A stretch of 64,000 nt of DNA, from assembly GCA_002811645.1 (NCBI GenBank), contig PDIP01000093.1, positions 12,790-76,789 on the forward strand. The letters run 5' to 3'. A program made the position numbers and the translations under genes. Position 1 is the first letter of the stretch. Each line of letters starts with the position of its first letter. Of this stretch, positions 19,677 to 30,108 are shown piece by piece. Origin of the DNA: Corallochytrium limacisporum Hawaii (taxonomy: Eukaryota > Protista > Pluriformea). A model generated the notes under the pieces. That model searched no databases, had not been told where the DNA came from, and was given only the letters and a program-made list of their open reading frames with translations.

Positions 19677-21071
19677 ATGACGTGGTCCACAGATATCCAA
19701 GCTGCCTTCCGAAAGTCCTATGGCCAGGACCCTGAGTTTGCTGTCCGCACTCCTGGACGGTTGAACATCATCGGCGAGCACATTGACTACTCCGGATTCG
19801 GAGTGCTGCCTATGGCCATCCACAAGGCAATCGTTTGTGCGGTTGGTCCAGCTGATGACAACGGCCCGGTGCTAACCCTGCGCAACGTCGATCCGGCGTT
19901 CCCTGAGGTCCAGTTCAATGAAGAAGAGATCAAGAACGGTGCCAAGGAACACAGCTGGGCCGTGTACTTCTTGTGCGGGTACCGGGGTGTGGTCGAAGAT
20001 AAGGAGATCTTCAAAGGCGGTCAGTATCCGCGAATGAATGTGCTCCTCACTGGTGATGTGCCGCAGGGCTCCGGGCTGTCCTCCTCTTCCGCGCTGGTCT
20101 GTGCCGCTGTACTTAGCACAGCTCAGGCCGCCGGTGTTGAAGCAATACCCCGACCCAAAGCCGCCAAGCTCGCCATGGCTAGCGAGCGCTACGTCGGAGT
20201 TGAGAGTGGTGGCATGGACCAGAGTATCTCTCTGATGGGAAGGGAGGGCATGGCTAAGTACATTGAATTCGTCCCAGCCCTTAAGGCGACCGATGTCCCC
20301 CTACCATCTGGGATTGTCTTCGTCGTATCCAATACTCTGGTTGAATCGCACAAGTATGCGACCGCAGGTCAAAACTACAACGCTCGGGTTGCCGAGTGCC
20401 GGATTGCGGCTCAAATTCTGAACAAACGACTAGGTCTCGGGTTCCCGGTAGAGAATCGTTTGATCCTCAAGAATGTGAGCGACGCGCTTCTGCAAAAGGG
20501 CTCTATCAAGAGCCTGAACGATATGACCGCTATCGTGGACAAAGAACTGCCCGCAAAGCCAATCACACTCGCTGAGGTGGCAGATATCCTAGGGATCAGC
20601 AGTGATCAGGTCCTGGAGTACTACGTCCACAAGTCCGCTCACTCCCTGCCCCAATTCGCGGTCCACGCCCGCGCCAAGCACGTGTACGAGGAATCCCAGC
20701 TTGTTCTCGATTTTCTCAGTGAATGCGAACGCCAGCGCGAGACTCCTACCGACCATCAGCAACACCTGCAGACCCTTGGACAGCTCATGCTCAACAGCCA
20801 TGCTGGCTGCCGCAGTCTGTTCGAGTGCTCGTGTCCGGAGCTCGACGAACTGGTCAGCCTTGGACAGGAGTTTGGAACCATCGGCAGCCGCCTGACTGGT
20901 GCTGGATGGGGTGGCGCGGCGATTCACCTGGTCCACGCAGAAAAGGCAGATGCTCTGATCGAGTTTCTGCGCCAGAAATACTATGCTCCTCGAAACCTGG
21001 ACAATGGGCGGCTTCCGCAGTCTTTGTTCGCCACCACACCCAGCGAGGGTGGACAAGTCGTGATCTTCTGA
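19677..21071 (+). CDS. GALK2: Galactokinase / N-acetylgalactosamine kinase (GHMP family, GALK2/Gal1-like)
   Basis: 'PGRLNIIGEHIDYSGFGVLPMAI', 'PQGSGLSSSSALVCA', 'GGMDQSIS', 'YNARVAEC', 'GSRLTGAGWGG'. Confidence 0.9.
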   Translation: MTWSTDIQAAFRKSYGQDPEFAVRTPGRLNIIGEHIDYSGFGVLPMAIHKAIVCAVGPADDNGPVLTLRNVDPAFPEVQFNEEEIKNGAKEHSWAVYFLCGYRGVVEDKEIFKGGQYPRMNVLLTGDVPQGSGLSSSSALVCAAVLSTAQAAGVEAIPRPKAAKLAMASERYVGVESGGMDQSISLMGREGMAKYIEFVPALKATDVPLPSGIVFVVSNTLVESHKYATAGQNYNARVAECRIAAQILNKRLGLGFPVENRLILKNVSDALLQKGSIKSLNDMTAIVDKELPAKPITLAEVADILGISSDQVLEYYVHKSAHSLPQFAVHARAKHVYEESQLVLDFLSECERQRETPTDHQQHLQTLGQLMLNSHAGCRSLFECSCPELDELVSLGQEFGTIGSRLTGAGWGGAAIHLVHAEKADALIEFLRQKYYAPRNLDNGRLPQSLFATTPSEGGQVVIF

Positions 21072-21199
21072 AGAGCCTTTTAAAGGCGAACATTGCTCAC
21101 TAGACATGATCTTTCCAAATTGTCTCTATAGTTCCTTGCAGTGTTTTTGCATTGGTTTGTTTGTTTATTTGTTTTTTTGGTCTACGCTGATGCTGATTT

Positions 21200-22954
21200 T
21201 CATGCCACTAGCGGGTAGAGAAACGAATAGCTCTGGTACATCCTCTGCACAGCACATATTTTATCACCAGGACTGCGATCAGTGCGGGCAAGATCTTGCA
21301 GATCTTCGCGAAATGGGCGCTGCAGGCGGACTCGGAGCGAGCCGCTAGCGGCGAACAAGGCCTCAAGATTCAGATAGATCCGCCCATGGTCCATAGCACT
21401 TAGAGGTTCGGGGCCGTTGTGGGCGTTAAACAATTCCAGTAGGCGCACCAGCTGGCGCGTCCTTCGGCGAATCTCTGTCTTTGCGCCCGCCTCAGATAGC
21501 CGTTCAGAGAGGAAGACTCGATGATAGAGATAGCGCGATACTCCGAGAAAGATTCCGACCGTGGGTACCGCGGCAAGAATTTTGAAGTTCAATTCGTTGG
21601 CCGACATGAGCTTGTCAAGAGCGAACAGGGTTTTCTCCACGTCGACCTTTTCTTTCTGGACCTGGATAAGCACGCTGCGAACCAAATTGCCAAAAATGGC
21701 GCCCTTGAGAGGACTACGCATGTCCTTCTCGTACTGTTCTAGAACAACAGTAAGGTCCCCAAGGCGGATCTGTTCCTTGAGTGTCGAAGTGTCTATGCCC
21801 TTCTCTGCGGCAACGTCCCCAACAAAATCCAGCACCATACGCTCCAGCGATTCGCTGTTACTCAACAGGGCTTGGTGGCTGGTCAGGGACATGGACTTCC
21901 GGTCGTAACGGATAGTTTCGTAGATTTCCAATATCGGTGAGACGACATAGTTGCGGAAGTATTGGCTTGTGGCGGTGGCCAAGTCCCAGAGTGATGCGGC
22001 AATCGCAGCACTGTTGCCGTAGATAGTGCGTCCGACGAGCAAGGATCCGAAGCCCAGGGTTGCAATGGGGAGCCAATTACGGATGACGAAGGGAGGACGT
22101 TTGACCTCGTAGAGCGCTGTCGACAATTTGTTGACGTGTGAATTCAGTTCATCAAATGCCAAATAGATCGCATCACATGACTTGATCCAGGGTCTTGATA
22201 TCGTGACCTGGTCACGAGAGCCATCATCCTTTTCTGACGCGACGCTATTCTTGCCCTCATCGGCTGAATTACTGATCACTTTGTCCCAATCGCAGGTACC
22301 ATTATCGTCTCTATGACGACAGTTGGCCCCGTAGCGTTTAAAATCTGCGCAGTAGCGTTGCATGATGGCAATTGGTGAGGAAGATCTCTTCGGCTTCTGA
22401 TGTAAAATAATCCCGCTGTCATCTGAGGTCACGGCCATAGATGTTCCTAACTGTAATTTTGCCAGTGCACCCATCAACTCCGTGAGCTGTTCATGGACCC
22501 GCAGGGCTTTCCGGTGCATGCGTAGGACGTGCTTACGGGCCACGGTCTGGTGCAGGTCACGGAAATCTACCACCCTAAATGCATAGAGCGGTAGGTTCAG
22601 AAGGACATGGGACAGCGGCCGGTCTACAGCAGACCCCCAGTAAGACACAGCAGCCTCAATATCCTTGCGTTTCTGTCCAATTGTATCCATCAGACTGCGC
22701 ACGCAGACAATAACAATGCGCGTATTTATCTCGAGTCCTACTTCTTCGGAGACTTCAGTGTGTTGCTGTTTCTGTTTGACAGTGTGAAAACCCTTCCTGA
22801 TCTCAGCGACTGACAGTTGGACCGAGCTCCCAAAACATCTGGACACAAAGTCTCTAGCCTCCAGACTGACCTCATGTCCATTCTCCAATTCAACTTCAAC
22901 CAAATTTCGCAGTTGCCGGTGGGCATCCTCAGCGAGGATGTCCCAAAGCGACAT
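21200..22954 (-). CDS. NCA2: NCA2/DGS1-family mitochondrial membrane protein (nuclear control of ATPase 2)
   Basis: 'RNWLP', 'PILEIYETIRY', 'ESLERMVLDF', 'YEKDMRSPLKGAIFGNLVRSVLIQVQKEKVDVE...LDKLMSANELNF..LAAVP' match the recalled NCA2 family pattern. Confidence 0.85.
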   Translation of the reverse strand: MSLWDILAEDAHRQLRNLVEVELENGHEVSLEARDFVSRCFGSSVQLSVAEIRKGFHTVKQKQQHTEVSEEVGLEINTRIVIVCVRSLMDTIGQKRKDIEAAVSYWGSAVDRPLSHVLLNLPLYAFRVVDFRDLHQTVARKHVLRMHRKALRVHEQLTELMGALAKLQLGTSMAVTSDDSGIILHQKPKRSSSPIAIMQRYCADFKRYGANCRHRDDNGTCDWDKVISNSADEGKNSVASEKDDGSRDQVTISRPWIKSCDAIYLAFDELNSHVNKLSTALYEVKRPPFVIRNWLPIATLGFGSLLVGRTIYGNSAAIAASLWDLATATSQYFRNYVVSPILEIYETIRYDRKSMSLTSHQALLSNSESLERMVLDFVGDVAAEKGIDTSTLKEQIRLGDLTVVLEQYEKDMRSPLKGAIFGNLVRSVLIQVQKEKVDVEKTLFALDKLMSANELNFKILAAVPTVGIFLGVSRYLYHRVFLSERLSEAGAKTEIRRRTRQLVRLLELFNAHNGPEPLSAMDHGRIYLNLEALFAASGSLRVRLQRPFREDLQDLARTDRSPGDKICAVQRMYQSYSFLYPLVA

Positions 22955-23461
22955 GATAGAATGTTTAATCTCGTCTGTCCCTATGCATCTGGTCGGGTGT
23001 TCCGCTGGCCATGTGTCCTGCTTCCATTAAGCAGCTAGTTGACCATACGCAATCAACAGTGCTCCCGAAGGACCAGGCTACTGCAGAAGGGCACTATCGA
23101 CAAACTGTTACAGGGGACCCCACTGAACGGGGCTGCCCGCTCAAAATCCTGGTATCCTTTGTGTAAATAGGCCCCCGTACCGAAGCGAATTTTCACTTAG
23201 CCCCAGGGTATCCCGGGTCAGCTCTGAGCGCCAGCCAGTGAGCTCGCCAGCCAGCGGGCCACCGGAGGAGAGGAGGGGGCGGGTATTTCATCGCTGGCGT
23301 TGCGGGCGCGTCCAGAACAAATGTCGGTGCGGAAGGTTACCAACGGTGATCAAAGGCCAACATGTAAAACATACACGATACTATCAGAAATATTGGCAAA
23401 TTTTGTGATATGCAGCATTTGAGACGATTTTGCACATGGAATAGAAATCCATAAGAGACAA

Positions 23462-24352
23462 ATGCCACCTCCACCACCTCCGCCGCCGGCGCCTGTTAAA
23501 GTGACATCCCAGGCGACCGGCAATGGCAGCACAACAATGAAACATCCCATAGATTTAACGAGTTTGATCAAGTCGAAAACAATGGAGATAGAAGCTGAAC
23601 CTGATCTGACAGAGGAACAATTGGCATTCAAGGACAGCGGGCTGACCAAAGTAACGTGCCAAAAGTGCGGAAAGACTGTTCTAGAAGATTCGCTCGACGA
23701 TCACGAGACTTCGCACGCGGCAGAGATTTTACCTGGGCTCTATTTGGGCGGTCAGCGCAATGCTTGGAATAAGAAGGAATTGAAACGCAACCAGATTAAG
23801 CACATTCTCAACGTTGCCGAGGAAGTGAGCAATATTTTCGAGGACTGTCCTATTGACTGCGAGTGCACGAATGGAGTGGCCGATTGCCAGGGAAAGACCG
23901 AGAAAGACACAAACGACTTATCAGCGGCAACTGACTCGGCTATGGAAGAAGAGCGCCTGTTCCGCTACACTCACTATCCAATGGTTGACAAGAAGCACCA
24001 GGACATTACGGCCTCCACACTCGAGATCCTAAATCAGTTGGATGAGGCACTGCGGAAAGGGGACGACCCGGAACCAGTTCTCGTGCACTGTGTGGCAGGA
24101 ATCAGTAGGTCGGCGAGCGTAGTGATTGCGTACGTCATGGTTCGGCATAAATGTAGCTTAAAGGATGCTTACCAACACGTCAAAGACCGACGCAGCATTG
24201 TCAGTCCCAACCCATCATTCATTGAACAGCTGCAGAAGATTGAGCAGCACCTACACGATCGAGGTATGCTCGATATTGACTCGGATGGCATCCCATCGCT
24301 GGCGGTGCAAGATGTGTATCCGCCCGGGACCATGTACATTTCTTCCGGATGA
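23462..24352 (+). CDS. Dual-specificity phosphatase with N-terminal polyproline and C2H2-type Zn finger
   Basis: 'EILPGLYLG', 'IKHILNV', catalytic 'VLVHCVAGISRSASVVIAYVM', 'VKDRRSIVSPNPSFIEQL'. Upstream 'CQKCGKTVLEDSLDDHETSH'. Confidence 0.92.
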   Translation: MPPPPPPPPAPVKVTSQATGNGSTTMKHPIDLTSLIKSKTMEIEAEPDLTEEQLAFKDSGLTKVTCQKCGKTVLEDSLDDHETSHAAEILPGLYLGGQRNAWNKKELKRNQIKHILNVAEEVSNIFEDCPIDCECTNGVADCQGKTEKDTNDLSAATDSAMEEERLFRYTHYPMVDKKHQDITASTLEILNQLDEALRKGDDPEPVLVHCVAGISRSASVVIAYVMVRHKCSLKDAYQHVKDRRSIVSPNPSFIEQLQKIEQHLHDRGMLDIDSDGIPSLAVQDVYPPGTMYISSG

Positions 24353-24478
24353 TGCTCTTGAGAATTTGATATATGTTTTATATACGCAGATCGCTTGAAG
24401 AATAGGCTTCCGCTCCAGATATCGCCTAGGTGAGACTTTCTATTTTGGGTTATTGATGTTCTCAAGTGTAAGCTCTCC

Positions 24479-26236
24479 TTACACTTGTATTGCAGCACGC
24501 TCCACGATGGATTGCATGTCAGAGGCACTGATGTCCAATCCACCGTACAAGCCAGAGTGCGTATTGGCCATACGTGACGCGATAAAAGCCTCCGCATTTA
24601 TCGCAGGTGCATATTTGAGCATTAGAGCGCCCTGGAGCATCAGCGCCAGTTTACTTGCCAGCTGCCGGGCGCTAATCTCCATGCGTTCCGGGGCCACAGA
24701 CTTAATCCACTTACTGGTCCCCGCTACGTAAGTGGCAAATGCCTTGTCTTTCTGAACACCTTCCTGGACGTCCGAGTCGTTGAACAAAGATTCTATTACA
24801 CCAGGCGTCTTGTGAATGCTGCGCAGAATGTCGAGAGAAATGACATTGCCGGAGCCTTCCCAGATCGAATTCAGCGGGGCTTGGCGGTACATGCGTGCGG
24901 TCACGTTGTCTTCAACAAAACCGTTTCCCCCGTGGCATTCCATAGCTTCTACAGACGCATTGGCAGCTTTCTTACACACATAGTACTTGGCCACAGCGGT
25001 GGCAATCCTGCTGAACTTCGCGATGTTTTCATCGTCCGGGAACATCAATTTGTCATCGAAGCTCTTTGCGATACGCAGAGCCAACAATTGGGCAGCCTCC
25101 GCCTCCAAAGCAAGGTCAGCCAGTACATTCTGCATTAGCGGCTGTTTGCCGATCACATTGCCAAAGGCCTCACGGTGGTGTGTCCAATTGATTGCATTCG
25201 ACACACCGTTCCGGACTAGCGACGCTGATCCCAGAGTACAGTCAAGACGGGTGAGCGTAACCATTTCAATGATGGTCTGCACACCCTTGCCTTCAGATCC
25301 GATCATTAGACCCCATGCACCATCATATTCGACCTCACTGCTGGCATTGCTACGGTCGCCAACCTTATTCTTCAAGCGCATAACCTTAAAGCCAATGTTG
25401 CGCGTGCCGTCTGGCAGCCAGCGCGGGACCAGGAAGCAAGAGATTGAGTCGTCGGTGGTGCGTGCCAGTGTGAGAAAAGCATCGCTCATGGGCGCCGAAG
25501 TAAACCATTTATGGCCCTTCAAGGAGTACTGCTGGCCCTCGCCCGTCTGCGCAGTCAAGGGCTTGGCCGTGGTAGTGTTGCGACGAATGTCACTGCCACC
25601 TTGTTTTTCAGTCATGCTCATACCGAGAGTAATTCCTTTCTTTTCGCTGATCGGTGCGTCTGAGGGGTCGTATTTATCACTGATGGCCTTCTGATACCAA
25701 TCGCTCACGTACTCACGTCCCTCTAAGCAAGGGATCACGGCGTAGGTCATGGTTAGTGGGCAAGACGTGCCAGGCTCTGCCGCATATTGGTTCATGTTCA
25801 TCACTGCTCTGGCTACGTGCGCAGATTCCTTACCTTCGTTGACCCAGGCAAAGCTGGGCACTTTGTTCCGAATGCCCATATCCATAAAGTAGTGGTAGGC
25901 TGGATGAAATTCGGCGCGGTAAACTTGATTTCCGAACTTATCGTGAGTGTGCAAGATCGGGGTGTTGATGTGGGCCTTGAAGGCAAGGTCATAGGCTTGG
26001 TCACTGCCCGCTTCTTCCCCGTGCCTGGTCAGCTGTTCCTTGGCCCAGCCACCGCCGAAATTTTCCAGGGCGTCCGACATGATCAGATCATTACTGAACA
26101 TGTTGTAGCCCCGTAGTTCCTGGGATTGGTTCATAACTTCGTGGGTTGCTGACACAGCTGGACGCGCAACTGAACCGTAGAAGCGCCGAGCGGGCTGGCA
26201 CAACAGGCTACGGCGCAACAGACTTGGAGCCAACAT
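24479..26236 (-). CDS. aidB: AidB-type acyl-CoA dehydrogenase with predicted mitochondrial presequence
   Basis: 'THEVMNQ', 'EFHPAYH', 'CPLTMTYA', 'GMSMTEKQGGSD', 'GHKWFTSAPMSDAFLTLA', 'KVGDRSNASSEVEY', 'APLNSIWEGSGNV' are colinear with bacterial AidB as recalled. N-terminal 'MLAPSLLRRSLLCQPARRFYGS' is Arg-rich and lacks acidic residues. Confidence 0.88.
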   Translation of the reverse strand: MLAPSLLRRSLLCQPARRFYGSVARPAVSATHEVMNQSQELRGYNMFSNDLIMSDALENFGGGWAKEQLTRHGEEAGSDQAYDLAFKAHINTPILHTHDKFGNQVYRAEFHPAYHYFMDMGIRNKVPSFAWVNEGKESAHVARAVMNMNQYAAEPGTSCPLTMTYAVIPCLEGREYVSDWYQKAISDKYDPSDAPISEKKGITLGMSMTEKQGGSDIRRNTTTAKPLTAQTGEGQQYSLKGHKWFTSAPMSDAFLTLARTTDDSISCFLVPRWLPDGTRNIGFKVMRLKNKVGDRSNASSEVEYDGAWGLMIGSEGKGVQTIIEMVTLTRLDCTLGSASLVRNGVSNAINWTHHREAFGNVIGKQPLMQNVLADLALEAEAAQLLALRIAKSFDDKLMFPDDENIAKFSRIATAVAKYYVCKKAANASVEAMECHGGNGFVEDNVTARMYRQAPLNSIWEGSGNVISLDILRSIHKTPGVIESLFNDSDVQEGVQKDKAFATYVAGTSKWIKSVAPERMEISARQLASKLALMLQGALMLKYAPAINAEAFIASRMANTHSGLYGGLDISASDMQSIVERAAIQV

Positions 26237-26770
26237 CGTGTTTATTCTTACGAGGTGTCCTCAAGGTACTTGATACCGGTGATCTTACGCTGCGCCTTTG
26301 AAACTTTATCGTCCAGAATACCAGAATACAACTCAGCGAACGAGAAGGACGAAACGTGTGCCCTGAAACTTTTCATTCGTCATGGATAAAGATACCGTTA
26401 CTGCCAATTTTCGGACCGTTTTCGGCTGCGCACGGGAAGCTTTGGGTCCTGAAGTTCTAGGTGAGCAGTCCAGTCCCTCTTTGCAATCCTCACCGCGGCA
26501 CAGCTATACAATTTTGCCTTTGCCCGCGGCAGTCAGTCAGGCCATTTGATCCATGTACCACAGGAACCGGAGAGGACTGTGTCCATTCACCCCACCAGAA
26601 CTCGAGACCCGCAGCAGTTTCTTTACCCCATTGTCTACCACCCCATTCGAGTGGTCTTCAGAACCCTTCTATTGTACAATTTAATCACAAGCCCGCCCCG
26701 GTGGTTACACGCCAAGTACTCCGAGGCAGGGAGCCCGGTAAGGGGGCCCAGGAAAGGGGAGGGGTGGGTG

Positions 26771-27004
26771 NNNNNNNNNNNNNNNNNNNNNNNNNNNNNN
26801 NNNNNNNNNNNNNNNNNNNNNNNNNNNNNNNNNNNNNNNNNNNNNNNNNNNNNNNNNNNNNNNNNNNNNNNNNNNNNNNNNNNNNNNNNNNNNNNNNNNN
26901 NNNNNNNNNNNNNNNNNNNNNNNNNNNNNNNNNNNNNNNNNNNNNNNNNNNNNNNNNNNNNNNNNNNNNNNNNNNNNNNNNNNNNNNNNNNNNNNNNNNN
27001 NNNN
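26771..27004. other. Assembly gap flanked by G tracts
   Basis: N run; GGGGAGGGGTGGGTG on the left and a G homopolymer on the right. Confidence 0.99.
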
Positions 27005-27397
27005 GGGGGGGGGGGGGGTTATTCTTGTGTCCTAATGAGTGAGTGTATTGGATGCAGGAGCTAAATTTGGGCCTCTCCGCCGGGGGAGCAACTGGGATCA
27101 GTAGGCCAACTTGTGAATGCAAGTGAAAGGCGCCATACCAACCACCAAATCCCGAACCTAGACAGCAATGGGGGTTGGCTAAGCACTAGGATGTCGAAGT
27201 CATGTCCGTTAATCGCTCGGATGGTACTGATTGCTTATGGATATTAATGTTTGTTACTCTGTCTTTTGGTTTCTATAGGATGGCATTCTTTGCCGTGTTT
27301 GTATCGCTTGGAATACCAAACGATTGACGCATGTCCCGGATGCTTTGCGGGCTATACAATGCTTTCAGTCATGGTTTGAGTTCCGTTGGTCCGCCTT

Positions 27398-27901
27398 TTA
27401 TTCATCGGGCTCGTCCCGAACAACAATTACTGGCCGGTGGCAATTGTGCACAAGGTACGATGACGTGGAGCCCATCAACCAGCGTTTCAGAGCCCCACGG
27501 CCGCGTGAGCCGACGACCAGAGCCTTGGCGCGCATGTTTTCAGCCTCATGGCAGATCAAGTCTCTGGCATCGCCTTCAAGGATGATAGTACGATAGTTTA
27601 CGTTACGATCATCACAGATCTTGGCATACTTGGATACCAGTCGGTGGGCATCGTCCCGTGCCTTCTTGTTCATCGCATCCGCCTGTTCGTCGGGGATATA
27701 GGAGCCGACGGCCGCAAACTCAAAGTCTGTAGCCAGCATGATTTCACTGGCAGCTTCGCTCGGGGGCTCGAAAGCATACACAATGACTAGCTCATCGTCC
27801 GCCTTATAGAGATTAGCGAGTGCCCAATCGAAGGCATGTTTACTGCAATGGCTGCCATCGACACCAATAATGATCGGACCGCTGCTCAATGCGCTCGACA
27901 T
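27398..27901 (-). CDS. Universal stress protein (UspA domain, ATP-binding type)
   Basis: 'IIIGVDGSHCSKHAFDWA', 'GDARDLIC', 'LVVGSRGRGALKRWLMGSTSSYLVHNCHRPVIVVR'. Start placed at the ATG at 27901 (AACCATG); the ORF track extends to 27973. Confidence 0.92.
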   Translation of the reverse strand: MSSALSSGPIIIGVDGSHCSKHAFDWALANLYKADDELVIVYAFEPPSEAASEIMLATDFEFAAVGSYIPDEQADAMNKKARDDAHRLVSKYAKICDDRNVNYRTIILEGDARDLICHEAENMRAKALVVGSRGRGALKRWLMGSTSSYLVHNCHRPVIVVRDEPDE

Positions 27902-27915
27902 GGTTCTATTTGATA

Positions 27916-27978
27916 CTGGAAAGCTTTGGGAATACTCTTTGTTATGAAATTCTTGGCTCTTTAACAGAATCATTATAC
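27916..27978 (-). other. Candidate 63-nt 5'-UTR intron of the USP gene
   Basis: Minus strand CAG|GTATAA...GCTTTCCAG|TATCAAATAGAACCATG. Confidence 0.35.
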
Positions 27979-30108
27979 CTGTTCATTGACCACTTGGAAC
28001 AAATACCTTTCGCAGTCGAGATTGCCTTTGACCAGCAAGTCTTTTGGTCGGTGCTGCCGGACCGTTCACCGCTGTCAGTCACTGCAAGTGCTCGAAAAGA
28101 GTGAGAAAACGTTTTATTCGAGAATGCTGTCCATTGTTCTCCGGATCCGCTCATCCACAAGCATTGGATACTGCACAACCCTCAGAGCCGAGCTTCCTCC
28201 TGGGGCCGTGTTTAGAACACGACTGGCTGGCGAGGCGATCCGCTGAGGTAGCGGAGGAATTTTTTGCTCTGCATGAAGGTTTTTTTTAGTTTTTAGTTTC
28301 TTCCACTTTTTTCGGGGCGACCGGAAAGGTTTTGTTGATCTTCGGGAGAGGCCATACACCTTCGGCGGTTCATGCCGAGTGACGGGCAAGAGCGTCAGGA
28401 CGGGGACCCCGTTCCATAGGTCTCGTGATGAGATTGTACCCTGCACATGATATTTCCAATATTAAATATATTGCTATTCTGGGCACTCAGGTCCGTGTTG
28501 ATGACATATGTATGAATACTCGAATTGTTCCGCAACCATCTACCAGTCCCTCCCGGATCCCAACCAACACCGCCGCCCCCCCCAACCCCACAGTTGGCAT
28601 CGGCACGCAGGGAAGAACCAAACCCGCAGGCGAGATCGCCACGTCGTGGTAATCTCAGTATAGAATTCGGAGGCTAAGGGATTCGCCTTTCCGTGTCGAA
28701 ACACCCCGCACTTTGGTTAAAAAAAAATGCAAAATGCCTCAGACCTTGTAGCGGGGCCCCACCTTGCCGATCGCACACAAAGCCAGCCGAGCCGGCCGGG
28801 GGGGGGGGTTGCCAGGCGGTGAATACCCCAACCGAAATTTGCACGGGAAAAAAATCCCAAGGTTTTCGGGCTGAAAAATAAATGAAAACCTAATTAATTG
28901 TTTTAGTCCGCCGACCGTGGGCCGGGTGTGGAATTGGGTATTGGTGAGACCGTCATCGGCACGGGTTTTACTTTACACGCGAACTAAAGCTGGAGGGGAA
29001 AAAATTGGAGGAGGGTTTTGAGAACAAGAATGGAGCCCGGGCTGGGAAGTGGGAGGGCTTGCGATCCGGTAGGAGACAGAGAGTGTTCCATGGCGATTTC
29101 TTCGGTGGAAGGGGGGAACGGTGGGTTTCTAGTAGTGGAAGTACTGCGTAATCATTGCAGCAAACCCCATGAAAACGGCTTCGTGGAACCCTTTCTACCT
29201 GCAACCGAAACTCAGATGTCATCATTCACCGGTTTTCCAGGGATCTATGTGTTCCCAGCGACTCTGGGACACGGGTGACTGTTACCACTGCGGGGATAAC
29301 CAACATGAGGACACAGCACACGGCCAGAGCACGTTCGCTCATTAGACATACGTAGCAGAGAGCCAATGAAGCACGAGTTTCGGAGCCATACATATAGTAG
29401 ACCATGTTAATGCATCATAGATACTTTAACGTATAGCCAGTGCTGCGCATGTGAACGCCTGCTAATAAACCATGCGATGCACACCGGCCCCAGCTGGCCA
29501 ACATGCGCACGTTGTCTTAGTACTACCTTTATTAGTGAGTGTCCGCTGCAATCGGCTCTGCGCAACAAAGATCTCCACGCCGGGGTCACAACAACGCAAA
29601 CTGAAGAGACACGAGAGAAATCGCAGAAGCGAGAACACTAAAAAGACCAACCGGTTCAACTGTGCCTTCACTACTGGCGCACTTCAATTGTCCATGGAGG
29701 GAAATCAGAAAAATGAAAGGACATTGAGAGATGGGACGGAATTTTTCTCTCTTCGTTCTTCGATCCCGGGAGAACCTTTCGATCCTGGAAGGGGGGGAGG
29801 ATATCGCAAGACTTCGCCAACGAGGCATCATCACTGCAAGGCCTCTGGTGTATCGAGTATTCTTAAAGCCCATGGTATGCGATAGCTAACGTAGGGAGTA
29901 GGCGCCTCAAATGGTATTGAAATGGATGATACAAGCTGGCTAGGGATCGGAGACATTCTGTGTCAGAGATGTTGACGGGTTGTGTCGTCCAAAGATGGTG
30001 GCATGATGTCGAGTGCCGGAAGCGGAAAGAAATATCCGTCAATGTCGTGGTTGGACTGAGTAAACGAGACCACAACTTTCAATTGACGAGCAGTCGTAAC
30101 TACTGGCC

